NCBI GenBank assembly: GCA_964016885.1
Contig: OZ024740.1
Coordinates: 8,618,001-8,682,000 of the forward strand
Origin: Eledone cirrhosa
Lineage: Eukaryota
Direction of reading: 5' to 3'
DNA length: 64,000 bases
Positions within the stretch are counted from its first letter, which is position 1. Each line of letters begins with the position of its first letter. Of this stretch, positions 50,801 to 64,000 are shown in pieces. A program made the translations under genes and the position numbers. Under the pieces are notes generated by a model. It did no database searches, was not told the origin of the DNA, and worked only from the letters and a program-made list of their open reading frames with translations.

Positions 50801-53800
50801 AGTTTCGATCGGTATGTCAGTTTCGATTGCTATGTCAGTTTCAATTGTTATATCAGTTTTGAATGGTATGTCAATCTCGATTGGTATGTCAATTTCGATT
50901 GCTATATCAGTTTCGATTAGTATGTCAGTTTCTATTGGTATATCAGTTTCGGTTGGTATATCAGTTTCTGTTCGTATGTCAGTTTTCGATTGGTATGTCA
51001 GTTTCTATTGGTATATCAGTTTCTATTGGTATGTCTGTTTCTATTGGTATGTCTGTTTCTATTTGTATATCAGTTTCGATTGGTATATCAATTCCGATTG
51101 GTATGTCAATTTCGATTGGTATGTCAATTTGGATTGGTATATCAGTTTCGATCGGTATGTCAGTTTCGATTGGTATGTCAATTTCGATTTGTATATCAGT
51201 TTCGATTAGTATGTCAGTTTCTATTGATATATCAATTTCGATTGGTATATCAGTTTCGATTAGTATGTCAGTTTCTATTGGGATATCAGTTTCGAATGGT
51301 ATATCAATTTCAATTGGTATGTCAGTTTCTATTGGAATGTCAGTTTCAATTGGTAGGTTAGTTTCTATTGGTATGTCAGTTTCGATTAGTATATGAGTTT
51401 CTATTGGTATGTCAGTCTCGATTGGTATGTCAGTCTCGATTGTTATGTCAGTTTCGATTGTTATGTCAGTTTCGATTGGTATACCAGTTTCGAGTGGTAT
51501 ATTAGTTTAAATTGGTATGTCAGTTTCGATTGGTATGTCAGTTTCGATTGGTATATCAGTTTGGATTGGTATGTCAGTTTCGATTGGTATATCAGTTTCG
51601 AATGGTATGTCAATCTCAATTGGTATGTCAGTTTCGAATGGTATGTCAGTTTTGAATGGTATGTCAGTTTCTATTGGTATGTCTGTTTCGATTGGTATGA
51701 CACTTTCTATTAGAATATCAGTTTCGTTTGATATATCAGTTTCTATTGGTATGTCAGTTTTGATTGGTATGTCAGTTTCTATTGGTATATCAATTTCTAT
51801 TGATATATCAGTTTCGATTAGTATGTCAGTTTCTATTGGTATATCAGTTTCCATTAATTTATCAGTTTCTATTGGTACTCAGTTTCGATTGGCATGTCAG
51901 TTTCTATTGGTATATCAGTTTCTATTGGTATGTCAGTTTCAATTGCTATGTCAGTTTCGATTGTTATATCAGTTTTGAATGGTATGTCAATCTCGATTGG
52001 TATGACAATTTCGATTGGTATATCAGTTTCTGTTGGTATATCAGTTTTGATTGGTACTTCAGTTCCTATTGGTATATCAGTTTCGATTGATATATCAGTT
52101 TCGATTAGTATGTCAGTTTCTATTGGTATGTCAGTTTCGATTAGTTTATCAGTTTCTATTGGTATGTCAGTTTTCGATTTGTATGTCAGTTTCTATTGGT
52201 ATATCAGTTTCTATTCGTATGTCTGTTTCTATTGGTATGTCTGTTTCTATTTGTATATCAGTTTCGATTGGTATATCAATTCCGATTGGTATGTCAATTT
52301 CGATTGGTATGTCAGTCTGGATTGGTATATCAGTTTCTATCGGTATGTCAGTTTTGATTGGTATGTCAATTTCGATTGGTATATCAGTTTCGATTAGTAT
52401 GTCAGTTTCTATTGATATATCAATTTCGATTGGTATGTCAGTTTCGATTGGTATGTCAGTTTCTATTAGTATGTCAGTTTCGATTGATATATCAGTTTCG
52501 ATTTGTATGTCAGTTTCTATTGGTATGTCTGTTTCTATTGCTATATCAGTTTTGATTGGTATATCAGTTTCGATTGGTATATCAGTTTCGATTGGTATGT
52601 CAATTTCGATTGGTATATCAGTTTTGAATGGAATGTCAATCTCGCTTGGTATGTCAATTTCGATTGGTATATCAGTTTCGATTAGTATGTCAGTTTCTAT
52701 TGGGATATCAGTTTCGAATGGTATATCAGTTTCAATTGGTATGTCAGTTTCAATTGGAAGGTTAGTTTCTATTGGTATGTCAGTTTCGATTAGTATATCA
52801 GTTTCTATTGGTATGTCAGTCTCGATTGGTATGTTAGTCTCGATTGTTATGTCAGTTTCGATTGTTATGTCAGTTTTGATTGGTATATCAGTTTAAATTG
52901 GTATGTCAGTTTCGATTGGTATGTCAGTTTCGATTGGTATATCAGTTTGGATTGGTATGTCAGTTTCGATTGGTATATCAGTTTCGAATGGTATGTCAAT
53001 CTCGATTGGTATGTCTGTTTCGATTGGTATGACACTTTCTATTAGAATATCAGTTTCGTTTGATATATCAGTTTCTATTGGTATGTCAGTTTTGATTGGT
53101 ATGTCAGTTTCTATTGGTATATCAATTTCTATTGATATATCAGTTTCGATTAGTATGTCAGTTTCTATTGGTATATCAGTTTCGATTAATTTATCAGTTT
53201 CTATTGGTAGAAAGTTTTGATTGGTATGTCAGTTTCTATTGGTATATCAGTTTCTATTGGTATGTCTGTTTCTATTGGTATGTCTGTTTCTATTGGTATA
53301 TCAGTTTCGATTGGTTTATCAGTTCCGATTGGTATGTCAATTTTGATTGGTATATCAGTTTGGATTGGTATATCAGTTACGATCGGTATGTCAGTTTCGA
53401 TTGCTATGTCAGTTTCGATTGTTAGATCAGTTTTGAATGGTATGTCAATCTCGATTGGTATGTCAATTTCGATTGGTATATCAGTTTCGATTAGTATGTT
53501 AATTTATATTGATATATCAGTTTCGATTGGTATATCAGTTGCGATTGGTATGTCAGTTTCTATTGGTATGTCAGTTTCTATTGGTATATCAGTTCCTGTT
53601 GTATATCAGTTTCGATTAGTATGTCAGTTTCGAATGGTATGTCAGTTTCTATTGGTATATCAGTTCCTATTGTATGTCAGTTTCGATTACTATATCAGTT
53701 TCTATTGGTATGTCAGTTTAGATTGGTATGTCAGTTTCTAATGGTATATCAGTTTCGATTGGTATGTTAGCTTCTATTGGTATGTCAGTTTCGATTAGTA

Positions 53801-56800
53801 TGTCAGTTTATATTGGTTTATCAGTTTCGGTTGGTATATCAGTTTAGATTGGTATGTAAGTTTCTATTGGTATGTCAGTTTCGATTAGTTTATCAGTTTC
53901 TATTGGTATGTCAGTTTCGATTGATATGTCAGTTTCTATTGTTATATCAGTTTCTATTGGTATATCTGTATCTGTTGGTATATCAGTTTCGATTGGTATA
54001 CCAGTTTCGATTGGTATATCAGTTTAAATTGGTATGTCAGTTTCGATTGGTATGTCAGTTTCGATTGGTATATCAGTTTGGATTGGTATGTCAGTTTCGA
54101 TTGGTATATCAGTTTCGAATGGTATGTCAATCTCGATTGGTATGTCAGTTTCGAATGGTATGTCAGTTTTGAATGGTATGTCAGTTTCTATTGGTATGTC
54201 TGTTTCGATTGGTATGACACTTTCTATTAGAATATCAGTTTCGTTTGATATATCAGTTTCTATTGGTATGTCAGTTTTGATTGGTATGTCAGTTTCTATT
54301 GGTATATCAATTTCTATTGATATATCAGTTTCGATTAGTATGTCAGTTTCTATTGGTATATCAGTTTCGATTAATTTATCAGTTTCTATTGGTAGTCAGT
54401 TTCGATTGGTATGTCAGTTTCTATTGGTATATCAGTTTCTATTGGTATGTCTGTTTCTATTGGTATGTCTGTTTCTATTGGTATATCAGTTTCGATTGGT
54501 TTATCAGTTCCGATTGGTATGTCAATTTCGATTGGTATATCAGTTTGGATTGGTATATCAGTTACGATCGGTATGTCAGTTTCGATTGCTATGTCAGTTT
54601 CGATTGTTATATCAATTTAGAATGGTATGTCAATCTCGATTAGTATGTCAATTTCGATTGGTATATCAGTTTCGATTAGTATGTTAATTTCTATTGATAT
54701 ATCAGTTTCGATTGGTATATCAGTTGCGATTGGTATGTCAGTTTCTATTGGTATGTCTGTTTCTATTGCTATATCAGTTGTGATTGGTATATCAGTTTCG
54801 ATTGGTATATCAGTGTCGATTGGTATGTCAATTTCGATTGGTATATCAGTTTCGATTAGTATGTCAATTTCTATTGGGATATCACTTTCGAATGGTATAT
54901 CAGTTTCAATTGGTATGTCAGTTTCGATTAGTATATCAGTTTCTATTGGTATGTCAGTTTCGATTGGTATGTCAGTCTCGATTTTTATGTCAGTTTCGAT
55001 TGTTATGTCAGTTTCGTTGGTATACCAGTTTCGATTGGTATATCAGTTTAGATTGGTATGTCAGTTTCGATTGGTAAGTCAGTTTCGATTGGTATATCAG
55101 TTTCGATTGGTATGTCAGTTTCGATTGGTATATCAGTTTCGAATGGTATGTCAATCTCGATTGGTATGTCAGTTTCGAATGGTATGTCAGTTTCTATTGT
55201 TATATCTGCTTCGATTGGTATGACAGTTTCGATTAGAAAATCAGTTTCTATAAGTATGTCAGTTTCTATTGGTATATCAGTTTCGATTGGTATATCAGTT
55301 TCGATTGGTATGTCAGTTTCTATTGGTATATCAGTTTCGTTTGTTATATCAGTTTCGATTAGTACGTCAGTTTCTATTGGTATGTCACTTTCGATTGGTA
55401 TGTCAGTTTCTATTGGTATATCAGTTTCTATTGGTATATCAGTTTCTATTGGTATGTCTGTTTCTATTGCTATATCAGTTTCGATTGGTATATCAGTTTC
55501 GATTAATATATCAGTTTCGATTGGTATGTCAGTTTCGAATGATATGTCAGTTTCGAATGGTATGTCAGTTTCTATTGGTATGTCTGTTTCGGTTGGTATG
55601 ACACTTTCTATTAGAATATCAGTTACGTTTGATATATCAGTTTCTATTGGTATGTCAGTTTTGATTGGTATGTCAGTTTCTATTGGTATATCAATTTCTA
55701 TTGATATATCACTTTCGATTAGTATGTCAGTTTCTATTGGTATATCAGTTTCGATTAATTTATCAGTTTCTATTGGTAGTCAGTTTCGATTGGTATGTCA
55801 GTTTCTATTGGTATATCAGGTTCTATTGGTATGTCTGTTTCTATTGGTATGTCTGTTTCTATTGGTTCATCAGTTCCGACTGGTGTGTCAATTTCGATTG
55901 GTATATCAATTTGGATTGGTATATCAGTTTCGATCGGTATGTCAGTTTCGATTGCTATGTCAGTTTAGATTGTTATATCAGTTTTGAATGGTATGTCAAT
56001 CTCGATTGGTATGTCAATTTCGATTGGTATATCAGTTTCGATTAGTATGTTAATTTCTATTGATATATCAGTTTCGATTGGTATATCAGTTGCGATTGGT
56101 ATGTCAGTTTCTATTGGTATGTCTGTTTCTATTGCTATATCAGTTTTGATTAGTATATCAGTTTCGATTGGTATATCAGTGTCGATTGGTATGTCAATTT
56201 TGATTGGTATATCAGTTTCGATTAGTATGTCAGTTTCTATTGGGATATCACTTTCGAATGGTATATCAGTTTCAATTGGTATGTCAGTTTCTAATGATAT
56301 ATCAGTTTCTATTGGTATGTCAGTTTCTATTGGTATATCAGTTTCAATTGGTATGTCAGTTTCGATTAGTATATCAGTTTCTATTGGTATGTCAGTTTCG
56401 ATTGGTATGTCAGTCTTGATTGTTATGTCAGTTTCGATTGTCATGTCAGTTTCGTTGGTATACCAGTTTCGAATGGTATGTCAATCTCGATTGGTATGTC
56501 AGTTTCGAATGGTATGTCAGTTACTATTGTTATATCTGCTTCGATTGGTATGATAGTTTCGATTAGAAAATCAGTTTCTATAAGTATGTCAGTTTCTATT
56601 GGTATATCAGTTTCGATTGGTATATCAGTTTCGATTGGTATGTCAGTTTCTATTTGTATATCAATTTCGTTTGTTATATCAGTTTCGATTAGTACGTCAG
56701 TTTCTATTGCTATGTCAGTTTCGATTAGTTCATCAGTTTCTATTGGTATGTCAGTTTCGATTGGTATGTCAGTTTCTATTGGTATATCAGTTTCTATTGG

Positions 56801-59800
56801 TATATCAGTTTCTATTGGTATGTCTGTTTCTATTGCTATATCAGCTTCGATTGGTATATCAGTTTCGATTAATATATCAGTTTCGTTTGGTATGTCAGTT
56901 TCGATTGGTATGTCAGACTCGATTGTTATGTCAGTTTCGATTGGTATGTCAGTTCCGATTGGTATACGAGTTTCGATTGGTATATCAGTTTAGATTTGTA
57001 TGTCAGTTTCGATTGGTATATCAGTTTCGAATGGTATGTCAATCTCGATTGGTATGTCTGTTTCTATTGGTATGTCTGTTTCGATTGAAATATCAGTTCC
57101 GATTGGTATGTCAATTTCGACTGGTATGTCAGTTTGGATTGGTATATCAGTTTCGATCGGTATGTCAGTTTCGATTGCTATGTCAGTTTCAATTGTTATA
57201 TCAGTTTTGAATGGTATGTCAATCTCGATTGGTATGTCAATTTCGATTGCTATATCAGTTTCGATTAGTATGTCAGTTTCTATTGGTATATCAGTTTCGG
57301 TTGGTATATCAGTTTCTGTTCGTATGTCAGTTTTCGATTGGTATGTCAGTTTCTATTGGTATATCAGTTTCTATTGGTATGTCTGTTTCTATTGGTATGT
57401 CTGTTTCTATTTGTATATCAGTTTCGATTGGTATATCAATTCCGATTGGTATGTCAATTTCGATTGGTATGTCAATTTGGATTGGTATATCAGTTTCGAT
57501 CGGTATGTCAGTTTCGATTGGTATGTCAATTTCGATTTGTATATCAGTTTCGATTAGTATGTCAGTTTCTATTGATATATCAATTTCGATTGGTATATCA
57601 GTTTCGATTAGTATGTCAGTTTCTATTGGGATATCAGTTTCGAATGGTATATCAGTTTCAATTGGTATGTCAGTTTCTATTGGAATGTCAGTTTCAATTG
57701 GTAGGTTAGTTTCTATTGGTATGTCAGTTTCGATTAGTATATGAGTTTCTATTGGTATGTCAGTCTCGATTGGTATGTCAGTCTCGATTGTTATGTCAGT
57801 TTCGATTGTTATGTCAGTTTCGATTGGTATACCAGTTTCGAGTGGTATATTAGTTTAAATTGGTATGTCAGTTTCGATTGGTATGTCAGTTTCGATTGGT
57901 ATATCAGTTTGGATTGGTATGTCAGTTTCGATTGGTATATCAGTTTCGAATGGTATGTCAATCTCAATTGGTATGTCAGTTTCGAATGGTATGTCAGTTT
58001 TGAATGGTATGTCAGTTTCTATTGGTATGTCTGTTTCGATTGGTATGACACTTTCTATTAGAATATCAGTTTCGTTTGATATATCAGTTTCTATTGGTAT
58101 GTCAGTTTTGATTGGTATGTCAGTTTCTATTGGTATATCAATTTCTATTGATATATCAGTTTCGATTAGTATGTCAGTTTCTATTGGTATATCAGTTTCC
58201 ATTAATTTATCAGTTTCTATTGGTACTCAGTTTCGATTGGCATGTCAGTTTCTATTGGTATATCAGTTTCTATTGGTATGTCAGTTTCAATTGCTATGTC
58301 AGTTTCGATTGTTATATCAGTTTTGAATGGTATGTCAATCTCGATTGGTATGACAATTTCGATTGGTATATCAGTTTCTGTTGGTATATCAGTTTTGATT
58401 GGTACTTCAGTTCCTATTGGTATATCAGTTTCGATTGATATATCAGTTTCGATTAGTATGTCAGTTTCTATTGGTATGTCAGTTTCGATTAGTTTATCAG
58501 TTTCTATTGGTATGTCAGTTTTCGATTTGTATGTCAGTTTCTATTGGTATATCAGTTTCTATTCGTATGTCTGTTTCTATTGGTATGTCTGTTTCTATTT
58601 GTATATCAGTTTCGATTGGTATATCAATTCCGATTGGTATGTCAATTTCGATTGGTATGTCAGTCTGGATTGGTATATCAGTTTCTATCGGTATGTCAGT
58701 TTTGATTGGTATGTCAATTTCGATTGGTATATCAGTTTCGATTAGTATGTCAGTTTCTATTGATATATCAATTTCGATTGGTATGTCAGTTTCGATTGGT
58801 ATGTCAGTTTCTATTAGTATGTCAGTTTCGATTGATATATCAGTTTCGATTTGTATGTCAGTTTCTATTGGTATGTCTGTTTCTATTGCTATATCAGTTT
58901 TGATTGGTATATCAGTTTCGATTGGTATATCAGTTTCGATTGGTATGTCAATTTCGATTGGTATATCAGTTTTGAATGGAATGTCAATCTCGCTTGGTAT
59001 GTCAATTTCGATTGGTATATCAGTTTCGATTAGTATGTCAGTTTCTATTGGGATATCAGTTTCGAATGGTATATCAGTTTCAATTGGTATGTCAGTTTCA
59101 ATTGGAAGGTTAGTTTCTATTGGTATGTCAGTTTCGATTAGTATATCAGTTTCTATTGGTATGTCAGTCTCGATTGGTATGTTAGTCTCGATTGTTATGT
59201 CAGTTTCGATTGTTATGTCAGTTTTGATTGGTATATCAGTTTAAATTGGTATGTCAGTTTCGATTGGTATGTCAGTTTCGATTGGTATATCAGTTTGGAT
59301 TGGTATGTCAGTTTCGATTGGTATATCAGTTTCGAATGGTATGTCAATCTCGATTGGTATGTCTGTTTCGATTGGTATGACACTTTCTATTAGAATATCA
59401 GTTTCGTTTGATATATCAGTTTCTATTGGTATGTCAGTTTTGATTGGTATGTCAGTTTCTATTGGTATATCAATTTCTATTGATATATCAGTTTCGATTA
59501 GTATGTCAGTTTCTATTGGTATATCAGTTTCGATTAATTTATCAGTTTCTATTGGTAGAAAGTTTTGATTGGTATGTCAGTTTCTATTGGTATATCAGTT
59601 TCTATTGGTATGTCTGTTTCTATTGGTATGTCTGTTTCTATTGGTATATCAGTTTCGATTGGTTTATCAGTTCCGATTGGTATGTCAATTTTGATTGGTA
59701 TATCAGTTTGGATTGGTATATCAGTTACGATCGGTATGTCAGTTTCGATTGCTATGTCAGTTTCGATTGTTAGATCAGTTTTGAATGGTATGTCAATCTC

Positions 59801-60340
59801 GATTGGTATGTCAATTTCGATTGGTATATCAGTTTCGATTAGTATGTTAATTTATATTGATATATCAGTTTCGATTGGTATATCAGTTGCGATTGGTATG
59901 TCAGTTTCTATTGGTATGTCAGTTTCTATTGGTATATCAGTTCCTGTTGTATATCAGTTTCGATTAGTATGTCAGTTTCGAATGGTATGTCAGTTTCTAT
60001 TGGTATATCAGTTCCTATTGTATGTCAGTTTCGATTACTATATCAGTTTCTATTGGTATGTCAGTTTAGATTGGTATGTCAGTTTCTAATGGTATATCAG
60101 TTTCGATTGGTATGTTAGCTTCTATTGGTATGTCAGTTTCGATTAGTATGTCAGTTTATATTGGTTTATCAGTTTCGGTTGGTATATCAGTTTAGATTGG
60201 TATGTAAGTTTCTATTGGTATGTCAGTTTCGATTAGTTTATCAGTTTCTATTGGTATGTCAGTTTCGATTGGTATGTCAGTTTCTATTGTTATATCAGTT
60301 TCTATTGGTATATCTGTATCTGTTGGTATATCAGTTTAGA
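47640..60340. repeat. Higher-order repeat, 6348 bp, 2 near-identical copies
   Basis: ORF pairs 47686/54034, 48710/55058, 50130/56478, 51507/57855, 52051/58399 and 53777/60125 are all offset by 6348. Confidence 0.92.
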
Positions 60341-63300
60341 TTGGTATATCAGTTTCGATTGGTATGTCAGTTTCAATTGGTATGTCAGTTTCGATTAGTA
60401 TGTCAGTTTCAATTGGTATGTCAGTTTCGATTAGTTTATCAGTTTCTATTGGTATGTCTGTTTCGATAGGTATGTCAGGTTTCTATAGGTATATCAGTTT
60501 CAATTGGTATGTCAGTTTCTATTGGAATGTCAGTTTCAATTGGTAGGTCAGTTTCTATTGGTATGTCAGTTTCGATTAGTATATCACTTTCTAATTGTAT
60601 GTCAGTTTCGATAGGTATGTCAGGTTTCTATTGGTATATCAGTTTCAATTGGTATGTCAGTTTCTATTGGAATGTCAGTTTCAATTGGTATGTCAGTTTC
60701 TATTGGTATATCAGTTTCGATTGGTATATCAGTTTCTATTGGTATGTCAGTTTCGATTGGTATGTCAGTTTCTATTGGTATATCAGTTTCTATTGGTATG
60801 TCTGTTTCTATTGGTATGTCAGATTCTATTGGTATATCAGTTTCGATTCGTTTATCAGTTCCGATTGGTATGTCAATTTCGATTGGTATATCAGTTCGGA
60901 TTGGTATATCAGTTTCGATCGGTATGTCAGTTTCGATTGCTATGTCAGTTTCGATTGTCATATCAGTTTTGAATGGTATGTCAATCTTGATTGGTATGTC
61001 AATTTCGATTGGTATATCAGTTTCGATTAGTATGTCAGTTTCTATTGGGATATCACTTTCGAATAGTATATCAGTTTCTATTGGTATGTCAGTTTCTAAT
61101 GATATATCAGTTGCGATTAGTATATCAGTTTCTATTGGTATGTCAGTTTCGATTGGTATGTCAGTCTCGATTGTTATGTCAGTTTCAATTGTTATGTCAG
61201 TTTCGTTGGTATACCAGTTTCGATTGGTATATCAGTTTAGATTTGTATGTCAGTTTCGATTGGTATGTCAGTTTCGATAGGTATATCAGTTTCGATTGGT
61301 ATGTCAGTTTCGACTGGTATATTAGTTTCGAATGGTATGTCAATCTTGATTGGTATGTCAGTTTCGCATGGTATGTCAGTTTCTATTGTTATATCTGTTT
61401 CGATTGGTATGACAGTTTCGATTAGAATATCAGTTTCTATAAGTATGTCAGTTTCTATTGGTATATCAGTTTCGATTGGTATATGAGTTTCGATCGGTAT
61501 GTCAGTCTCGGTTGGTATGTCAGTTTCTATTGGTATATCAGTTTCGTTTGTTATATCAGTTTCGATTAGTATGTCAGTTTCTATTGGTATGTCAGTTTGG
61601 ATTAGTTTATCAGTTTCTATTGGTATGTCAATTTCGATTGGTACGTCAGTTTCTATTGGTATATCAGTTTCTATTGGTATATCAGTTTCTATTGTTATGT
61701 CAGTTTCGATTGTTATGTCAGTTTTGATTGGTATATCAGTTTAAATTGGTATGTCAGTTTCGATTGGTATGTCAGTTTCGATTGGTATATCAGTTTGGAT
61801 TGGTATGTCAGTTTCGATTGGTATATCAGTTTCGAATGGTATGTCAATCTCGATTGGTATGTCTGTTTCGATTGGTATGACACTTTCTATTAGAATATCA
61901 GTTTCGTTTGATATATCAGTTTCTATTGGTATGTCAGTTTTGATTGGTATGTCAGTTTCTATTGGTATATCAATTTCTATTGATATATCAGTTTCGATTA
62001 GTATGTCAGTTTCTATTGGTATATCAGTTTCGATTAATTTATCAGTTTCTATTGGTAGAAAGTTTTGATTGGTATGTCAGTTTCTATTGGTATATCAGTT
62101 TCTATTGGTATGTCTGTTTCTATTGGTATGTCTGTTTCTATTGGTATATCAGTTTCGATTGGTTTATCAGTTCCGATTGGTATGTCAATTTTGATTGGTA
62201 TATCAGTTTGGATTGGTATATCAGTTACGATCGGTATGTCAGTTTCGATTGCTATGTCAGTTTCGATTGTTAGATCAGTTTTGAATGGTATGTCAATCTC
62301 GATTGGTATGTCAATTTCGATTGGTATATCAGTTTCGATTAGTATGTTAATTTATATTGATATATCAGTTTCGATTGGTATATCAGTTGCGATTGGTATG
62401 TCAGTTTCTATTGGTATGTCAGTTTCTATTGGTATATCAGTTCCTGTTGTATATCAGTTTCGATTAGTATGTCAGTTTCGAATGGTATGTCAGTTTCTAT
62501 TGGTATATCAGTTCCTATTGTATGTCAGTTTCGATTACTATATCAGTTTCTATTGGTATGTCAGTTTAGATTGGTATGTCAGTTTCTAATGGTATATCAG
62601 TTTCGATTGGTATGTTAGCTTCTATTGGTATGTCAGTTTCGATTAGTATGTCAGTTTATATTGGTTTATCAGTTTCGGTTGGTATATCAGTTTAGATTGG
62701 TATGTAAGTTTCTATTGGTATGTCAGTTTCGATTAGTTTATCAGTTTCTATTGGTATGTCAGTTTCGATTGATATGTCAGTTTCTATTGTTATATCAGTT
62801 TCTATTGGTATATCTGTATCTGTTGGTATATCAGTTTAGATTGGTATATCAGTTTCGATTGGTATGTCAGTTTCAATTGGTATGTCAGTTTCGATTAGTA
62901 TGTCAGTTTCAATTGGTATGTCAGTTTCGATTAGTTTATCAGTTTCTATTGGTATGTCTGTTTCGATAGGTATGTCAGGTTTCTATAGGTATATCAGTTT
63001 CAATTGGTATGTCAGTTTCTATTGGAATGTCAGTTTCAATTGGTAGGTCAGTTTCTATTGGTATGACAGTTTCGATTAGTATATCACTTTCTAATTGTAT
63101 GTCAGTTTCGATAGGTATGTCAGGTTTCTATTGGTATATCAGTTTCAATTGGTATGACAGTTTCTATTGGAATGTCAGTTTCAATTGGTATGTCAGTTTC
63201 TATTGGTATATCAGTTTCGATTGGTATATCAGTTTCTATTGGTATGTCAGTTTCGATTGGTATGTCAGTTTCTATTGGTATATCAGTTTCTATTGGTATG

Positions 63301-64000
63301 TCTGTTTCTATTGGTATGTCAGATTCTATTGGTATATCAGTTTCGATTCGTTTATCAGTTCCGATTGGTATGTCAATTTCGATTGGTATATCAGTTCGGA
63401 TTGGTATATCAGTTTCGATCGGTATGTCAGTTTCGATTGCTATGTCAGTTTCGATTGTCATATCAGTTTTGAATGGTATGTCAATCTTGATTGGTATGTC
63501 AATTTCGATTGGTATATCAGTTTCGATTAGTATGTCAGTTTCTATTGGGATATCACTTTCGAATAGTATATCAGTTTCTATTGGTATGTCAGTTTCTAAT
63601 GATATATCAGTTGCGATTAGTATATCAGTTTCTATTGGTATGTCAGTTTCGATTGGTATGTCAGTCTCGATTGTTATGTGAGTTTCAATTGTTATGTCAG
63701 TTTCGTTGGTATACCAGTTTCGATTGGTATATCAGTTTAGATTTGTATGTCAGTTTCGATTGGTATGTCAGTTTCGATAGGTATATCAGTTTCGATTGGT
63801 ATGTCAGTTTCGACTGGTATATTAGTTTCGAATGGTATGTCAATCTTGATTGGTATGTCAGTTTCGCATGGTATGTCAGTTTCTATTGTTATATCTGTTT
63901 CGATTGGTATGACAGTTTCGATTAGAATATCAGTTTCTATAAGTATGTCAGTTTCTATTGGTATATCAGTTTCGATTGGTATATGAGTTTCGATCGGTAT
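59190..64000. repeat. Higher-order repeat, 2500 bp, ~2 copies (second copy cut by the window end)
   Basis: ORF pairs 59251/61751, 59565/62065, 60509/63009, 60991/63491 and 61247/63747 are all offset by 2500. Confidence 0.9.

Larger units (their letters stand above)
28439..64000. repeat. 18-bp tandem satellite array, right part
   Basis: Same consensus and orientation as the left part, with more 1-nt indels and its own diagnostic variants (attagaatatc, ggtataccag, cagactcg, attgaaatatc). The array runs off the right edge of the window. Confidence 0.98.

Noticed and set aside
2537-63461. Minus-strand (IETDIP)n ORFs as a repetitive acidic structural or ice-binding-like protein
   Set aside because: This frame is broken by TAA at every gtttag variant and by 1-2 nt indels, has no non-repetitive N- or C-terminus, and is interrupted by LINEs.
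128-63986. Hundreds of + strand ORFs (MSVSIG..., MVCQFRL..., YVSFDW...) as real proteins
   Set aside because: An 18-nt unit without stops is open in several frames automatically. Stops (TAG from tttag) and frameshifts are scattered, and there is no unique domain, splice structure or codon-position bias.
1-64000. CRISPR array or other repeat-spacer system
   Set aside because: Monomers are directly adjacent with no unique spacers, there are no cas genes, and the context is eukaryotic (LINEs).

Overview
Eukaryotic satellite DNA, not a gene-dense region. About 92% of the window is one uninverted tandem array of an 18-bp monomer, consensus ATTGGTAT(G/A)TCAGTTTC(G/T). The array is organised into nested higher-order repeats (HORs) of about 2880, 3225, 6348, 2500, 684 and 162 bp and into two variant domains that switch near 24.36 kb. 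The only unique sequence is a cluster of three RTE-clade non-LTR retrotransposon insertions at 21.2-28.4 kb, all on the + strand and ending in (GAT)n tails. Two are 5'-truncated copies of one subfamily (~21237-21889, ~22683-23295). The third is a near full-length copy of a second subfamily (~24591-28438) encoding an APE endonuclease plus reverse transcriptase, interrupted only by a 4-bp insertion. All three independent insertions sit at the same register of the monomer (3' junction at monomer position 7, 2-4 nt duplication or microhomology), and the RT carries an inserted C4HC3 PHD-type zinc finger. Together these suggest, as an untested inference, a satellite- or chromatin-targeted RTE lineage. 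The hundreds of MSVSIG / VCQFRL / YVSFDW / IETDIP ORFs are translation artefacts of the 18-bp repeat. From memory only, the LINE 3' end resembles cephalopod (octopus) RTE/SINE tails; the host is unverified.
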